64,000 nucleotides of DNA from Octopus sinensis (Eukaryota): positions 5,890,001 through 5,954,000 of the forward strand of contig NC_043002.1 of assembly GCF_006345805.1 (NCBI RefSeq), written 5' to 3'. Position 1 is the first letter of the stretch. Every line of letters begins with the position of its first letter. Shown piece by piece: positions 25,847 through 37,578 of the stretch. The notes beneath the pieces are model-generated. The model was not told the DNA's origin and did not search any database. It saw only the letters and a program-made list of their open reading frames with translations. Both the position numbers and the translations under genes were made by a program.

Positions 25847-26883
25847 GTAAGCTGCTTAGAATAAAATGCATCTTATATCAAACATTGACTGATATACCGT
25901 TTAATATTCATTTTAATTCGCTTGGGAAAGAGTATAAATGGTGTAAGTGAAGTTAACTTGCTTTTTCTACTAAAGGGAAAAAAAGATAGAAAATAAAGGA
26001 TAAAATCATTTCACTTATAATGAATTGTCAAAATACCTGACAACTAATTTAAATCAAATCAATAGATTTGATTTAAATTAATTACAAATTACTCAAAACT
26101 TTAAATGAGGTTTTCTTCTTTAGTATTGCTGAAGTTTAAAAAGGAACCTTACCTCTACCAACATAATAAACTATTAAAATTAGCAAGGAAGTTTAAAGCA
26201 AACAAACAATACTTTTGTTAAGTTATGGAACTTTCAAGGACGAGAACTAGAAAATTAAAGAGCTGACTACCTAAATTAAGTGGATCCGCAATCAGAAATC
26301 GAAAGCAGGCGCGAACTGTTTTGTCAAAATCTTATTGGTGTGTCACGGTCGTCACCCTTCACGGAAAAACGACAACTTTACATAGATGTATAAAATGTTT
26401 GAGCTTTAGTTATAGGAGAGGGAAGAAAACAATAAGTGAGGTTTCTGTGATATTCATATAATTTTAAGAATGGTTTTAGTAACTGGGAATTAAACCCCGG
26501 GAGCGAAAACAAAAGATAGAATTAATTATAAATTAAAATAAAATTATATTGTTGTTTAATTGACTTCTCCCGCAAAAGTTTACTATAAAGGGAAGTAAAC
26601 TATTTCTTCCTATACAAACCTCAAGGTTTGGCTCATTCCTGATTACAATAACGAAAATACTTCGAGCTGTGTAGTTTACCTACCATTGTCATTGGCAAGC
26701 AGCATTTATTAATACTGACACTATTTCACCTAAAGCAAGAATGGAGGATCGAGAGTAGATGTTCATGTTTTTTTTTTCTAATTATCATTACTGAACTTTT
26801 TCTCATTTCATAGTCACGTTTACTCTGTTATTGATACTGATTTTTTTTTTATTTCGATTATCTTTTGTGATATGAATTTTGTT

Positions 26884-27468
26884 TTAGAGCAAATTTCTGA
26901 GATCAGCTGGTAAAGGAAGATCAATGAATGGCTGCACTCCTGAAGCTATAGCAAATTTGTCGGCTCTAGTCTTTATGAATATAAGGAGTCGGTTGCTTCT
27001 AAACCGATTAACGGTGGATCGGTCCGAGTCTTTTGCCGCTAATAGGGTGTCGTAGCGTAGCCACGAATAACTATTCGGATAGGTATTCGTATACAAATAG
27101 ATCCGGCAATTCAGCAACGTAGCGAGAGCTTGAAAGATAACATCTAAATCGATTGTTCTCCCAGAGCTAAGATTTTTCAATGCAGTGTTGGGATTCATAC
27201 TATGCCAGTTGAAATTGAGGTTTCGAAAGATGTCCACAAATGTTGTCAGCAATAGACGGAATTTGAGGAAATGATCTTCGTTTCCCGTCAAAATTTTGCT
27301 CACAACGCGAAATAGTGAATTCACGCCGGTCACCTCGGCATACGTAACCGTTCTGTCCGCTAAATCTATACGAGTGCGTCCAATTGTAGGGCATATAATG
27401 AAGTCAGTGAACTGTTTTCTTCTTCCTCTCCGATTTCTCGTCGTGTGATAAGGTGTATTAGCATCCAT
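26884..27468 (-). CDS. OTU-like (ovarian tumour protease fold) protein, 194 aa, catalytic residues apparently lost
   Basis: Longest ORF in the window not made of repeats; OTU-like motifs in order: VTGVNSLFRVVSKILTGNEDH (cf. GDGNCLFRA.S..LTG.ED.H), FQALATLLNCRIYLY, SWLRY, LLIFIKTRADKF (cf. IYL....NHF/Y). Confidence 0.75.
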   Translation of the reverse strand: MDANTPYHTTRNRRGRRKQFTDFIICPTIGRTRIDLADRTVTYAEVTGVNSLFRVVSKILTGNEDHFLKFRLLLTTFVDIFRNLNFNWHSMNPNTALKNLSSGRTIDLDVIFQALATLLNCRIYLYTNTYPNSYSWLRYDTLLAAKDSDRSTVNRFRSNRLLIFIKTRADKFAIASGVQPFIDLPLPADLRNLL

Positions 27469-27687
27469 CGATATAAAGAATGAAATCTGTAGTCTCTCGC
27501 AATTATTTAAAATAATAATAGTAATAAATTACGAAGCTTTGTTTAAAAAAAAAATCAACGTTTGAAAACGACTGATCTTGATGCAAACAGCATCAACAAC
27601 CTTCAAGAATTATTACTTTAAACAAAACTGTTGCTGTGGTCGAAATTTCGCTTACCTCGGCAAAGATTCAAAAAGCAGGTTTGTCTT

Positions 27688-27699
27688 TATGACGTCATA
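27688..27699. promoter_or_regulatory. Full CRE palindrome upstream of the OTU-like ORF
   Basis: TATGACGTCATA containing consensus TGACGTCA, about 220 nt upstream of the ATG. Confidence 0.4.
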
Positions 27700-27844
27700 G
27701 TGATCAGTTTCTCTTTGTAGCATTTTAATTAATAAAGGAAGCTGATAGATTGGTTTGCAATTTAAACCTAATGATTTCTTATGTTGGTACAAGGAGTACC
27801 GTTGATTTATTCGATTTCTTCCTTACTCTAGTAGAATATGTAAG

Positions 27845-28312
27845 GCAGGTTTCAAATTTTGTCACAAGACCTGCAGTTTGGAGGCGGTGGTGGTGAGTTG
27901 ATCACATCGACACCAGTGTTCAACTGGTACTTAATTAATCGACCCCGAAATAATGAAAGACAAAGTCAACCTCAATGGAATTTGAACTCAGAACTTAAAA
28001 CCGGACGAAATACCTATTTCTTTACTACCCACAAGGGGCTTAACACAGAGAGGACAAACAAGGACAGACAAACGGATTAAGTCGATTATATCGACCCCAG
28101 TGCGTAAGTGGTACTTAATTTATCGACCCCGAAAGGATGAAAGGCAAAGTCGACCTCGGCGGAATTTGAATTCAGAACGTAACAGCAGACGAAATACCGC
28201 AAAGCATTTCGCCCGGCGTGTTAACGTTTCTGGCAGCTCACCGCCTTATGCCAGCTCGCTGGACGAAATACCGTTAAGAATTTTGTCCGGTGTGCTAATG
28301 ATTCTGCCAGTT
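27845..28312 (-). mobile_element. Cluster of SINE family B copies and fragments
   Basis: Variant-tail copy 27845-28010, standard copy 28014-28250, head fragment to 28312. Confidence 0.8.
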
Positions 28313-29087
28313 TTTTGCTTTAGTAGAGTGTAAGACAGCAAGCGAAGTCGATCTTGATGGTTTTGTAACTCGAGAATATAGAAATATGAAAGAGATTCAC
28401 CTTGCGCTTTTCTATTTCTAGTAAGTTACCACTTATCAAACTATTATAAGTAGTTTCGATTTGCATGTTTTATCGTTGTCCCGGGTCACGTCTGATTAAG
28501 CAGACCTATGATCAAAACATATTGCAACAGCGATCATTTCGTCCTATCTGTGTTCTATATACAGTATATTTAAGATCATATTCATGTTTTTAAGGTGGTA
28601 GGGTGTAAGTTAAGATATATTGAACTGCTATTTCGAGCAACAACGTAGTTTTGTGATGACGAACCTGTACTCCACATGTTGGCTGTAACACGCCATAAAT
28701 GTTTAGGTAACACGTGATGGACTTTGAAGAAGAATTTCTTGCAATACACGTAAGTGACACTGTAATATCAGGATTGTTAAAGAAACTAAAAGTTCAGCAT
28801 GTTGGGCTAAAAGGTTTTGCCATCATCGGCGTAAAGTCTCTCTCCATTCTGTGTTTATTATTGCTTGTGTTCAACGTTATGTTGTATCTTCATGCAAAGA
28901 AATTTAGAATTACCTCACAAATTGCGTTGTGTTGACAGTTTTCTGTGCAAGATCTCTGTTGCTATTTCGCTGAACCACTAAGTTACAGCGCGTAAACAAG
29001 CAGACATGGTGCCAAGCGGTGATATGCAAAAACTACACACACACACACACATGTATGTGTGTGTGTGCGAGCTGGCAGAAATGTTAG

Positions 29088-29295
29088 CACGCCGGGCGAA
29101 ATGCGTTGCCGTATTTCGTATGCCGCTACGTTCTGAGTTCAAGTTCCGCCGAGGTCGACTTTGCCTTTCATCCTTTCGGGGTCGATAAATTAAGTACCAG
29201 TTACGCACTGGGGTCGATGTAATCGACTTAATCCGTTTGTCTGTCCTTGTTTGTCCTCTCTGTGTTTAGCCCCTTGTGGGTAATAAAGAAATATG

Positions 29296-29326
<31 letters not shown>

Positions 29327-29472
29327 TTCTTTACTACCCACAAGGGGCTAAACACAGAGAGGACAAACAAGGACAGACAAACGGATTAAGTCGATTACAT
29401 CGACCCCAGTGCGTAACTGGTACTTAATTTATCGACCCCGAAAGGATGAAAGGCAAAGTCGACCTCGGCGGA
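29088..29472. mobile_element. Tail-to-tail inverted pair of SINE family B
   Basis: Plus copy 29088-29293, minus copy 29324-29472, separated by about 30 nt of (TA)-rich sequence. Confidence 0.9.
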
Positions 29473-29657
29473 GGCGACTCCAGGTCATCAGCGTCACTCG
29501 GGCTCATCCCGGATTTCGTATAAGACATATATCAAGAAGGTAAGAGACGTAATGCACACCGCAAACTTATATGTGCATTGATAACTCAACAGTAAGTAAG
29601 TTTTCTGCTTCTAACGAAAGAATGCAACAAAAATATAGTTTTAATATAAAAATTACT

Positions 29658-29890
29658 TCATTTATACACGAACTCCAGTCGTTTTGGTTTCATGGCGAAC
29701 TCGTGTAATATTCTGTCATGCAGCTCCTTCTTGTTGTCCAAGTCGTTCAAAATGCTTTTCTCGATGGAAATACGAGCCAGTGAAGACAGCCGTTCTTGGG
29801 CCATTGTGCTTCTCAGATATGAGCGGATTCGATCCAGTGTTGAGAAACTTCTCTCATTTGCGATTAATGTTAAGGGGATGGTCAGCACTA
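29658..29890 (-). mobile_element. hAT transposase C-terminal dimerisation domain fragment
   Basis: LTIPLTLIANERSFSTLDRIRSYLRSTMAQERLSSLARISIE matches the ERSFS.L..I.TYLRSTM.QERL..LA.ISIE motif. Confidence 0.85.
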
Positions 29891-29904
29891 GCTGAAATCA
29901 CTGG

Positions 29905-29946
<42 letters not shown>

Positions 29947-29951
<5 letters not shown>

Positions 29952-30140
29952 TAATCCAAACAAGAAAACACAACAACGCGAGGACGTGGAACAAATAAAG
30001 TATTATTGGACGCTCAGGAAAGAAGGGAAGAAGGAGGGTTTAACGTTTCGAGCGGAGCTCTTCGTCGGAAACATAGGAGAAGGAAAGATCCCGAGAAGGG
30101 AAGACAGGAAAAAAAATCGCTGGCGGTACTCACGAGGTTG
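29947..30140 (-). mobile_element. Penelope-like short repeat with hammerhead-like core
   Basis: Minus strand CCGACGA-A-GAGC-TCC-GCTC-GAAAC-GTT at 30068-30042; preceded by (AT)n. Confidence 0.5.
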
Positions 30141-30389
30141 GCTCATTCACTAAGCTTTTACAGTCAACAATATATGGATGCTAGTTTTCTAGAGAGTTTG
30201 CATGTTGTATGGGAAACGAATCAGCAAACTCTTCAAACTTATTAATGTCTAGTAATTCAAAAAATGCATACTTCTGAATGCCAGAAAAATCTCTATCGTA
30301 CGGACATTAGAATGTTAGCAATTATTTCAAAATAGGTAGTTTTGTAATTAATTTGTGCACCTCTGACTCTTTATCTAGGAGGAGGATCG

Positions 30390-30730
30390 AACAACAAATT
30401 TTGAACAGGGACACATTGCAAATATGGATAAAGCTCTCGTGAGGTTTCATATACTGACCAATAAGTGTGTTGACGAGAAAGATAACAAAACTGTGGCTAT
30501 CAAAACCTCCGGTCGTGAGAAATGACATTTTACATGTGCATTGGCCTGCACTGGTAACACCGAATTACCACCTTTGCTCATATTCCAAACGGAAAACAAT
30601 GCCAAAAGAAAATATTCCACCGGGTATTATCATCCATGTTCACTCTAGATGATGGATAGATGAGGATGAAATAAAATTCTGGTTAGAAACAATGTGGTCA
30701 TGGTTTCTCGGTGGACTTCTCAAAAGCCAT
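30390..30730 (+). mobile_element. pogo/POGK-like transposase fragment, inverted copy of 39117-39698 without the SINE
   Basis: GHIANMDK, IKTSGREK, PPLLIF, KTMPKENIPPG motifs; high identity to the 39 kb copy. Confidence 0.85.
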
Positions 30731-31263
30731 CAACAACAGCAGCTGTATCGTGCAGAATGTTTTTATTCCGTTCGTCCTTATGATAGATAACCTTCAACAC
30801 AATGAATGAAGTCGTTTACTTTACTCTGACCATGCTTTTTGTCGAGTAGTTTACACTGTAGGATATCAAAGACATTTCCAGCCAGAGAAAGAATGTTATG
30901 AAAGCAATTGATAAAAAACGTGAATGTGAAATCATTCAATGTTGGCAAAAGATTGTCTGTTTGACAAGTGTAGCTTCATCCCCAGAGCCTAGAATACTTG
31001 TGAAGGCATTTTTCCAAGCTTTCATGCAATAGTTTTAAGGCTGACACAGTTCTTGATCTATAGCAACCTATTTCTTTCGCACAGGGATGGAATACTGACA
31101 TTAAATTGCCTGAAAACGTTTTTTCTGCTCGGTACTGGAAGATGTAAATTTACTAAATAAGAAAAAAAACATTTTTACTCCACTCATTTTCTCGGCACTT
31201 TTACTCAAGACTAAGTTAAGTTTATGCGCATAGCAGTGAATGAAGAGCGCATGTTTAAATCCT

Positions 31264-31490
31264 TATTTCTTTATTGCCCACATGGGGCTAAACATAGAGG
31301 GGACAAACAAGGACAGACAAAGGGATTAAGTCGATTACATCGACCCCAGTGCGTAACTAGTACTTAATTTATCGACCCCGAACGGATAAAAGGCAAAGTC
31401 GACCTCGGCGGAATTTGAACTCAGAACGTAGCGGCAGACGAAATACCGCTAAGCATTTCGCCCGACGTGCTAACGTTTCTGCCAGCTCGC
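31264..31490 (-). mobile_element. SINE family B
   Basis: Reverse complement of near full-length family B. Confidence 0.85.
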
Positions 31491-31494
31491 TGCC

Positions 31495-31680
31495 TTGCAT
31501 GTTTAAATCCTTTATCTTTTGCTTGCTCTGTACTCCGTTTAGCATTCCTGCCATTACAGCTGCTCCATCGTATGTCTGGCTCACTAATTTATCTGTAGCG
31601 TCACTGAAGGAATTCAACGCATTTGAGATCACATCAGACAGTCTTGTAGTACTTTTATCATCACTGACTCCATAGAATCC
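31495..31680 (-). mobile_element. hAT transposase central fragment
   Basis: DKLVSQTYDGAAVMAGMLNGVQSK, the Q.YDGA..M.G...GVQ motif of ZMYM1-like hAT transposases. Confidence 0.8.
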
Positions 31681-31768
31681 AAGAAATCGCTAACATGTTT
31701 TGTCTTCATATACATATCTTATGATCGACAGTTGGGCACGCATTGCACAGTCTGTAGTTTCGTCGGCG

Positions 31769-31963
31769 TACTCTTTTACTCTTTTACTTGTTTCAGTCAT
31801 TTGACTGCGGCCATGCTGGAGCACCGCCTTTAGTCGAGCAACTCGACTCCGGGACTTATTCATTTGTAAGCCCAGTACTTATTCTATCGGTCTCTTTGGG
31901 CAAACCCCTAAGTGACGGGGACGTAAACACACCAGCATTGGTTGTCAAGCAATGCTAGGGGGA

Positions 31964-32051
<88 letters not shown>

Positions 32052-32055
32052 TATA

Positions 32056-32128
<73 letters not shown>

Positions 32129-32321
32129 ATATATTATAATATATATATATATAGATATATATATATAATATACATATATATATATATATAAACATATATA
32201 TATATATTATATTATATATATATACGACAGGCTTCTTTCAGTTTCCGTCTACTAAATCCACTCACAAGGCACTGGTCGGCCCGGGGCTATAGCAGAAGAC
32301 ACATGCCCAAGATGCCACGCA
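31769..32321 (-). mobile_element. SINE family A, head-truncated, with about 260-nt internal microsatellite
   Basis: Tail with (TACTCTTT)-type repeats, body matching 709-1136. Confidence 0.85.
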
Positions 32322-32339
32322 TGCACAAATATAAACGGA

Positions 32340-32640
32340 GTCCCTGAGGCATTTTCGATGGATGTTGAATAGCTTTGGGCCCTTGAAACCCACGCCGTTG
32401 CAGTATCTGGTTGAGATCCTTGGCACCATGCACTGGCGTCCTGTCCTGTTTGTGTACCTCACGACAGGATACAGAGATGAGGGCAGCAGCATCAAACTTC
32501 CTCACTCACCAAATGCCACATATCAGAGGAGGCTTTCAAATAATAGAGGAGCTTCAAAGCCAGCGGTGATGCGCCAGCATGACCGCGGCTTTCAAGTTAA
32601 AGAGTAAATGAGTATGACTGCGGCTGAAACTAGTTAGAAA
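32340..32640. mobile_element. CR1/L2-clade LINE 3' fragment, apparently with 5' inversion
   Basis: Minus: RTGRQCMVPR...GFKGPKLFNI..KCLRD; plus from about 32455: TSRQDTEMRAAASNFLTHQM then a tail similar to SINE A. Confidence 0.55.
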
Positions 32641-32645
32641 GTTAA

Positions 32646-32682
<37 letters not shown>

Positions 32683-33543
32683 AAACACACACACACACAC
32701 ACACACATGTGTATGTATGTGTGTGTATGTATGTATGTATGTATGTATGTATGTATGTATGTATGTATGTATGTATGTATGTATGTGTGTTCTAACTACT
32801 TAATTCAACGTAATACTCGAGCTCGGGAAGTATTCCTGCTTTCATTTCTTTCTATAGGTAAAAATATAAAAACACTATTTACTTTCGTCTCAGGAAAAAA
32901 AAAAAATAAAATAAAGCAACACCAACAAAAGACCCCAGAGTAATTCCATCACCATATGACAAAAAAAAAGAACCCACAAAAAACACAAAGCAAAGCAAAA
33001 CAAAATACTAAAGAAAACAACCTGCACTAGAAAGAACACACGACAATATAATTACCATTATCAGGCGAGTACTTGACTAACTGGGGAATTAAATAAAGAC
33101 ACTCGAACACAAAGAACAACGGAGATAGCATGATGTGAGTTGAAGAGTACTAAACACTTATGTTGTAATTACTGGTACCAACAGTACTGATACACGAGTG
33201 CTTTTTACTGGAGAAACCGGAGAAAAGAAAAGTCTGCTCACTTTATATATCAATCTATCTTTTCTCCTGCTTACATAAAACACACGAATACATGCACATA
33301 TACAGACCTCCCACATACATACACGTGTGTGCGTGTGTGTGTGTGTGTATACATACATATGTCGTATTTGGATTTGGTTTGCAGGATTCTTTATGTGAGT
33401 TCGTGCATTGAAGCATATTCTGTTGTGTCTGGGGAGAGTCATTCTCTTTTAGTGCCTTATAATTTAGCACATTCACCGGTAAAATTTCCACTTATTTCTT
33501 TTTTAATTTTCTAAAATTTTCGTTGCATCTTGTAGCCTTTTCA

Positions 33544-33589
<46 letters not shown>

Positions 33590-33707
33590 TGGCCTGGTCG
33601 CTTAGCCAGCGGGGTGGCGTTATTTGAAAGCTAAAACAATGCGAAGAGCATTGTGATCAGCAATGTTTAGCAACATCTGATAGCCTGGTCGGTCACGTGA
33701 TCTCGTG

Positions 33708-33710
<3 letters not shown>
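33590..33710. mobile_element. Unclassified 120-bp GC-richer element embedded in (AT)n
   Basis: Sharp (AT)n boundaries on both sides; GCCTGGTCG repeated near both ends; recalled as a common octopus repeat. Confidence 0.4.
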
Positions 33711-33750
<40 letters not shown>

Positions 33751-33751
33751 T

Positions 33752-33852
<101 letters not shown>

Positions 33853-33880
33853 TATATATTATATATATATATATATATAT

Positions 33881-35085
33881 ATCTAGCTGAGTAAAAAGTA
33901 AGCAACGTTTTGAAACATGAAATTCATCACAATATATTTCAACAGAGCGAAAATTTTATTCGTCAAAGTACCATTACAATCAACATATTTTTGTTAACGA
34001 GATACGAATTTGTTTATTCCGGTAACATAAAAATCTGGAGTTCTGGAGCTGAGGAACTCTTTGAATGCACTTTCAGCATCGGTTTGATATTTGAGCTTCT
34101 TCTCTCACAGAAAACCATCAAGGTGCTTGAAAAAGTGGTAGTCGGTAAGAGAAAGATCTGGGGAAAAAGCTGGGTGGGGAAGAACTTTGTAGCCAAGTTC
34201 CTTCAACATCTGGAGCGTCATTAGTGAAACGTGTGGTCGAGCATTGTCATGAAGAATGACTGGCCTTCTTCTGCTGACCAGTCTGCGACGGAGAAGTAGC
34301 AGTTTTTCGTTCATTTTGGCAAATTCATGGCAATATGTTTCTGCAGTAATAGTTTTTCCGGGTTTTAAGAAGTTATAGTGGATGAGTCCAGTAGTACACC
34401 ACCAAACAGTCACCATAATCTTCTTTTTGAAGAGCTCGGGTTTAGAGAAGGTTTTCGGTACTTCATTTTGGTTCAACCATCGCGAAGAACATATTTTGTT
34501 ATGGATTGGTCTGGTTATAGAGAAGAAGCGACGAGCAAATTTCATATCTGCACATTTTCTGATTTTCATTCAAATCGTGTGGTACACATTTGTCGAGCTT
34601 TCTTGATTTTCCGATCGCATGCAAATGGTTGCTGGCAGTTTTCTGGCTAACTTGAAATTCTTTTGCCAGTTCACGAGTGGTTTTACGTGAATCTTTCTTA
34701 ATGACGGTCTTTAATTGATCGTCATCGATGACAGATGGGCGTCCACTACGCTCACGATCTTCAAGGCTCAGGTCTCCACTGTGAATTCGTTTAAACCATT
34801 TTCTCACCAAACGTTTCGTTTCAGCTGCTTTACGTCCTTTTTTGAAGTTAAATAGCAAAATTGTACGAATATCGCGCTTTGAGAGTTCCATTTCAGATGA
34901 TTGTAACAACGGTGAAAAAAACATCAATGTTGATTTATTGATGCGTTTGGGCAAGTCTATGTCTGTATTATCAGACAATTGCAAACAAATGCTTAAAAAA
35001 ATTCAAAACTCTGCAAAAATCCGGTACAAATTCTTCATGGTTCGAAACGTTACACTATTTCTTCAGATCGGCTACTACCTATTTA
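33881..35085 (-). mobile_element. Mariner DD34D transposon (Hsmar1/Mos1-like), near full length, decayed
   Basis: MELSKRDIRTILLFNFKKGRKAAET, RSGRPS, CVPHDL, MVTVWW, HDNARPH...FSPDLSLTDYHFF with 34-residue spacing; degenerate TIR cores AACGTTT(T/C)GAA(A/C)CATGAA at both ends. Confidence 0.92.
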
Positions 35086-35245
35086 TAAAACATTTTATCT
35101 AATTTTTTCTTCAATTTAATTGTTTTTCTTGTTTTATTCTGAGTTGAAAAAGCCGAAAAGACTGAAGTCAGTACTAACCTTTACAAAATGTACTTCATGA
35201 TAAAATTATATAAGCATTTCTACCTTTTTTTCTTTATATATATAT

Positions 35246-35430
35246 AGGGAGAGTTTTCGAAAAAAACAAAAGACGAAGGCAGGTGGTGTACAAAACAAAC
35301 AGATGTATTAGTATAACGCTCAGGAATAGAAAAAGTATTTTACGTTTCGAGCCTATGCTCTTCTACAGAAAGGGACGCAGAAAAAAACAAACAAGGAGAG
35401 AAATAAGGAGAGAAAAAAGGAGAGAATGTC
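35246..35430 (-). mobile_element. Penelope-like short repeat with hammerhead-like core
   Basis: Minus strand CTGTAGA-A-GAGC-ATAG-GCTC-GAAAC-GTA at 35368-35341; same family as 13523. Confidence 0.55.
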
Positions 35431-36654
35431 TATATATATATATATATATATATACATTCAGATATATGTACATACATAAACTCACTACAGACATGTATAT
35501 ATGTGCGTGTACTTGTACACACACACACACACACACACACACGTATCTGTATTTATATATTTATATATTGTGACCACCATCCTGGTTCCTTGCAAACCAT
35601 TTACACCCCAAAACATTATCTGTACGAGAAGAAAGCAACGAATGAGGTAAGAGTGTCTGCGTGGATGTTAGCATAAGACCAAATATCTCTTGAGAAGAAT
35701 AGACCATTATTGCTGCAGGAAGATGAAACAAACACGTCCGTGGGTCAGAAACAGGAGCGTATCTGTGAGTAAATTTAGACTATCAGTCGTAGGGGCCATT
35801 TTCTAGATGCGTCTAAGGTGTCTGAGGGTGTAGTGTCTGCACCGTCTCATAGTATAAAACTCGATTACATTAGGCCAGTATTTTTCTTTTTATGTCTAAC
35901 TTGAAGTAATGAAAGTCGAAGTAGCCATGGCTGTGATTTTGAATTTAGATCATAACAAAATGGTATTTTCTTCACTGCTTTATAGATTTTGCAAGTCTGC
36001 GGCTACGTCAAGGGAATTGCTGTTATGAGTTGTCTCAGTTCTTACTGAATTACATTTCTTCTTTTGTTATATTTTGTAATCTTCAGCGAATGTTTTTTTT
36101 CTTTAAAATAAATAAAATACAGTAAAAATAAATAAAAAAAGTTCTTCGTTTTGTTTTTTGTCTCTTTTCATCTCCTAAGTGTTTTACGATGGCATCTTCT
36201 TGTTGCTAATTGTAGCTGGCTTTCAAGAATAAAAGAAATGAAAGATAAGAGCGACGAAAACAAAACGAAATGATACTGATAATGGTAAACGTTTCACTCA
36301 CTCCATCATAATTTTACGACTTACTTCTGCTTCTATTTATCATCCATCTTTTATATATTTTCTTGTTAATTTTTTTTTATATCTTAAGCTTGTGCTTCAA
36401 AGAGAAAAAGTCGACTCTTTAGATTACTAAGATGCTAAAAGGACTAAAGAACAAAACAAAAGAAATCTCAATTGGAATTCTTTTTTTTATCCACTCAAAG
36501 ACTTGCATGTTAAGTAAAATGTAAATTGGATCGTATTGCTCTCGGGTTGTCCAACGAGCTTGTTAGGAATGGTGTTTTGCGATTGAGACAGGAAGTAGAG
36601 AGATAGGTAACCATATTGCAAACGAGTGGCAACGTTCTAAATATGGGACTCTAT

Positions 36655-37170
<516 letters not shown>

Positions 37171-37578
37171 GTCTGTATGTGTGTATGCCGTATTTTCGGG
37201 ATTCGGGAATGAAGGTGCACGGGTAGGCTCACCCCAATTTTGCCTAAGTAACTGCAGCTACCCTCGAGTCCTCTAGCTGCATATCTCACACATTTTCATG
37301 TACAGAACCATGAACTTTTAGACTGAGGCCCTTCGGTAAGCTATTATGGTAAGCGGAGTTACACTACTTATCTTAACTCTATCAAATATCCCCACTGACC
37401 CCTACAGCATTCTCCATCGTTAATAAGACTAGTCACTACCAACCAACAACACTAAAATTATATCAAGAATCACCATTATATTATCAAGAATCACACTGCT
37501 ACTAACTACCATCCCTAATATAAAGTTATCATCATTGCTCAAGCAATACGCACCATCATCCATCATCACTTGTAGACA

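Noticed and set aside
33385-33394. 10-nt microexon TTTGCAG|GATTCTTTAT|GTGAGT
   Set aside because: Such pairs arise by chance in 64 kb; untestable without RNA-seq
35570-35764. Two apparent plus-strand exons split by a 72-nt intron
   Set aside because: First lacks an acceptor; peptide unrecognised; phases do not fit between 25846 and 56040
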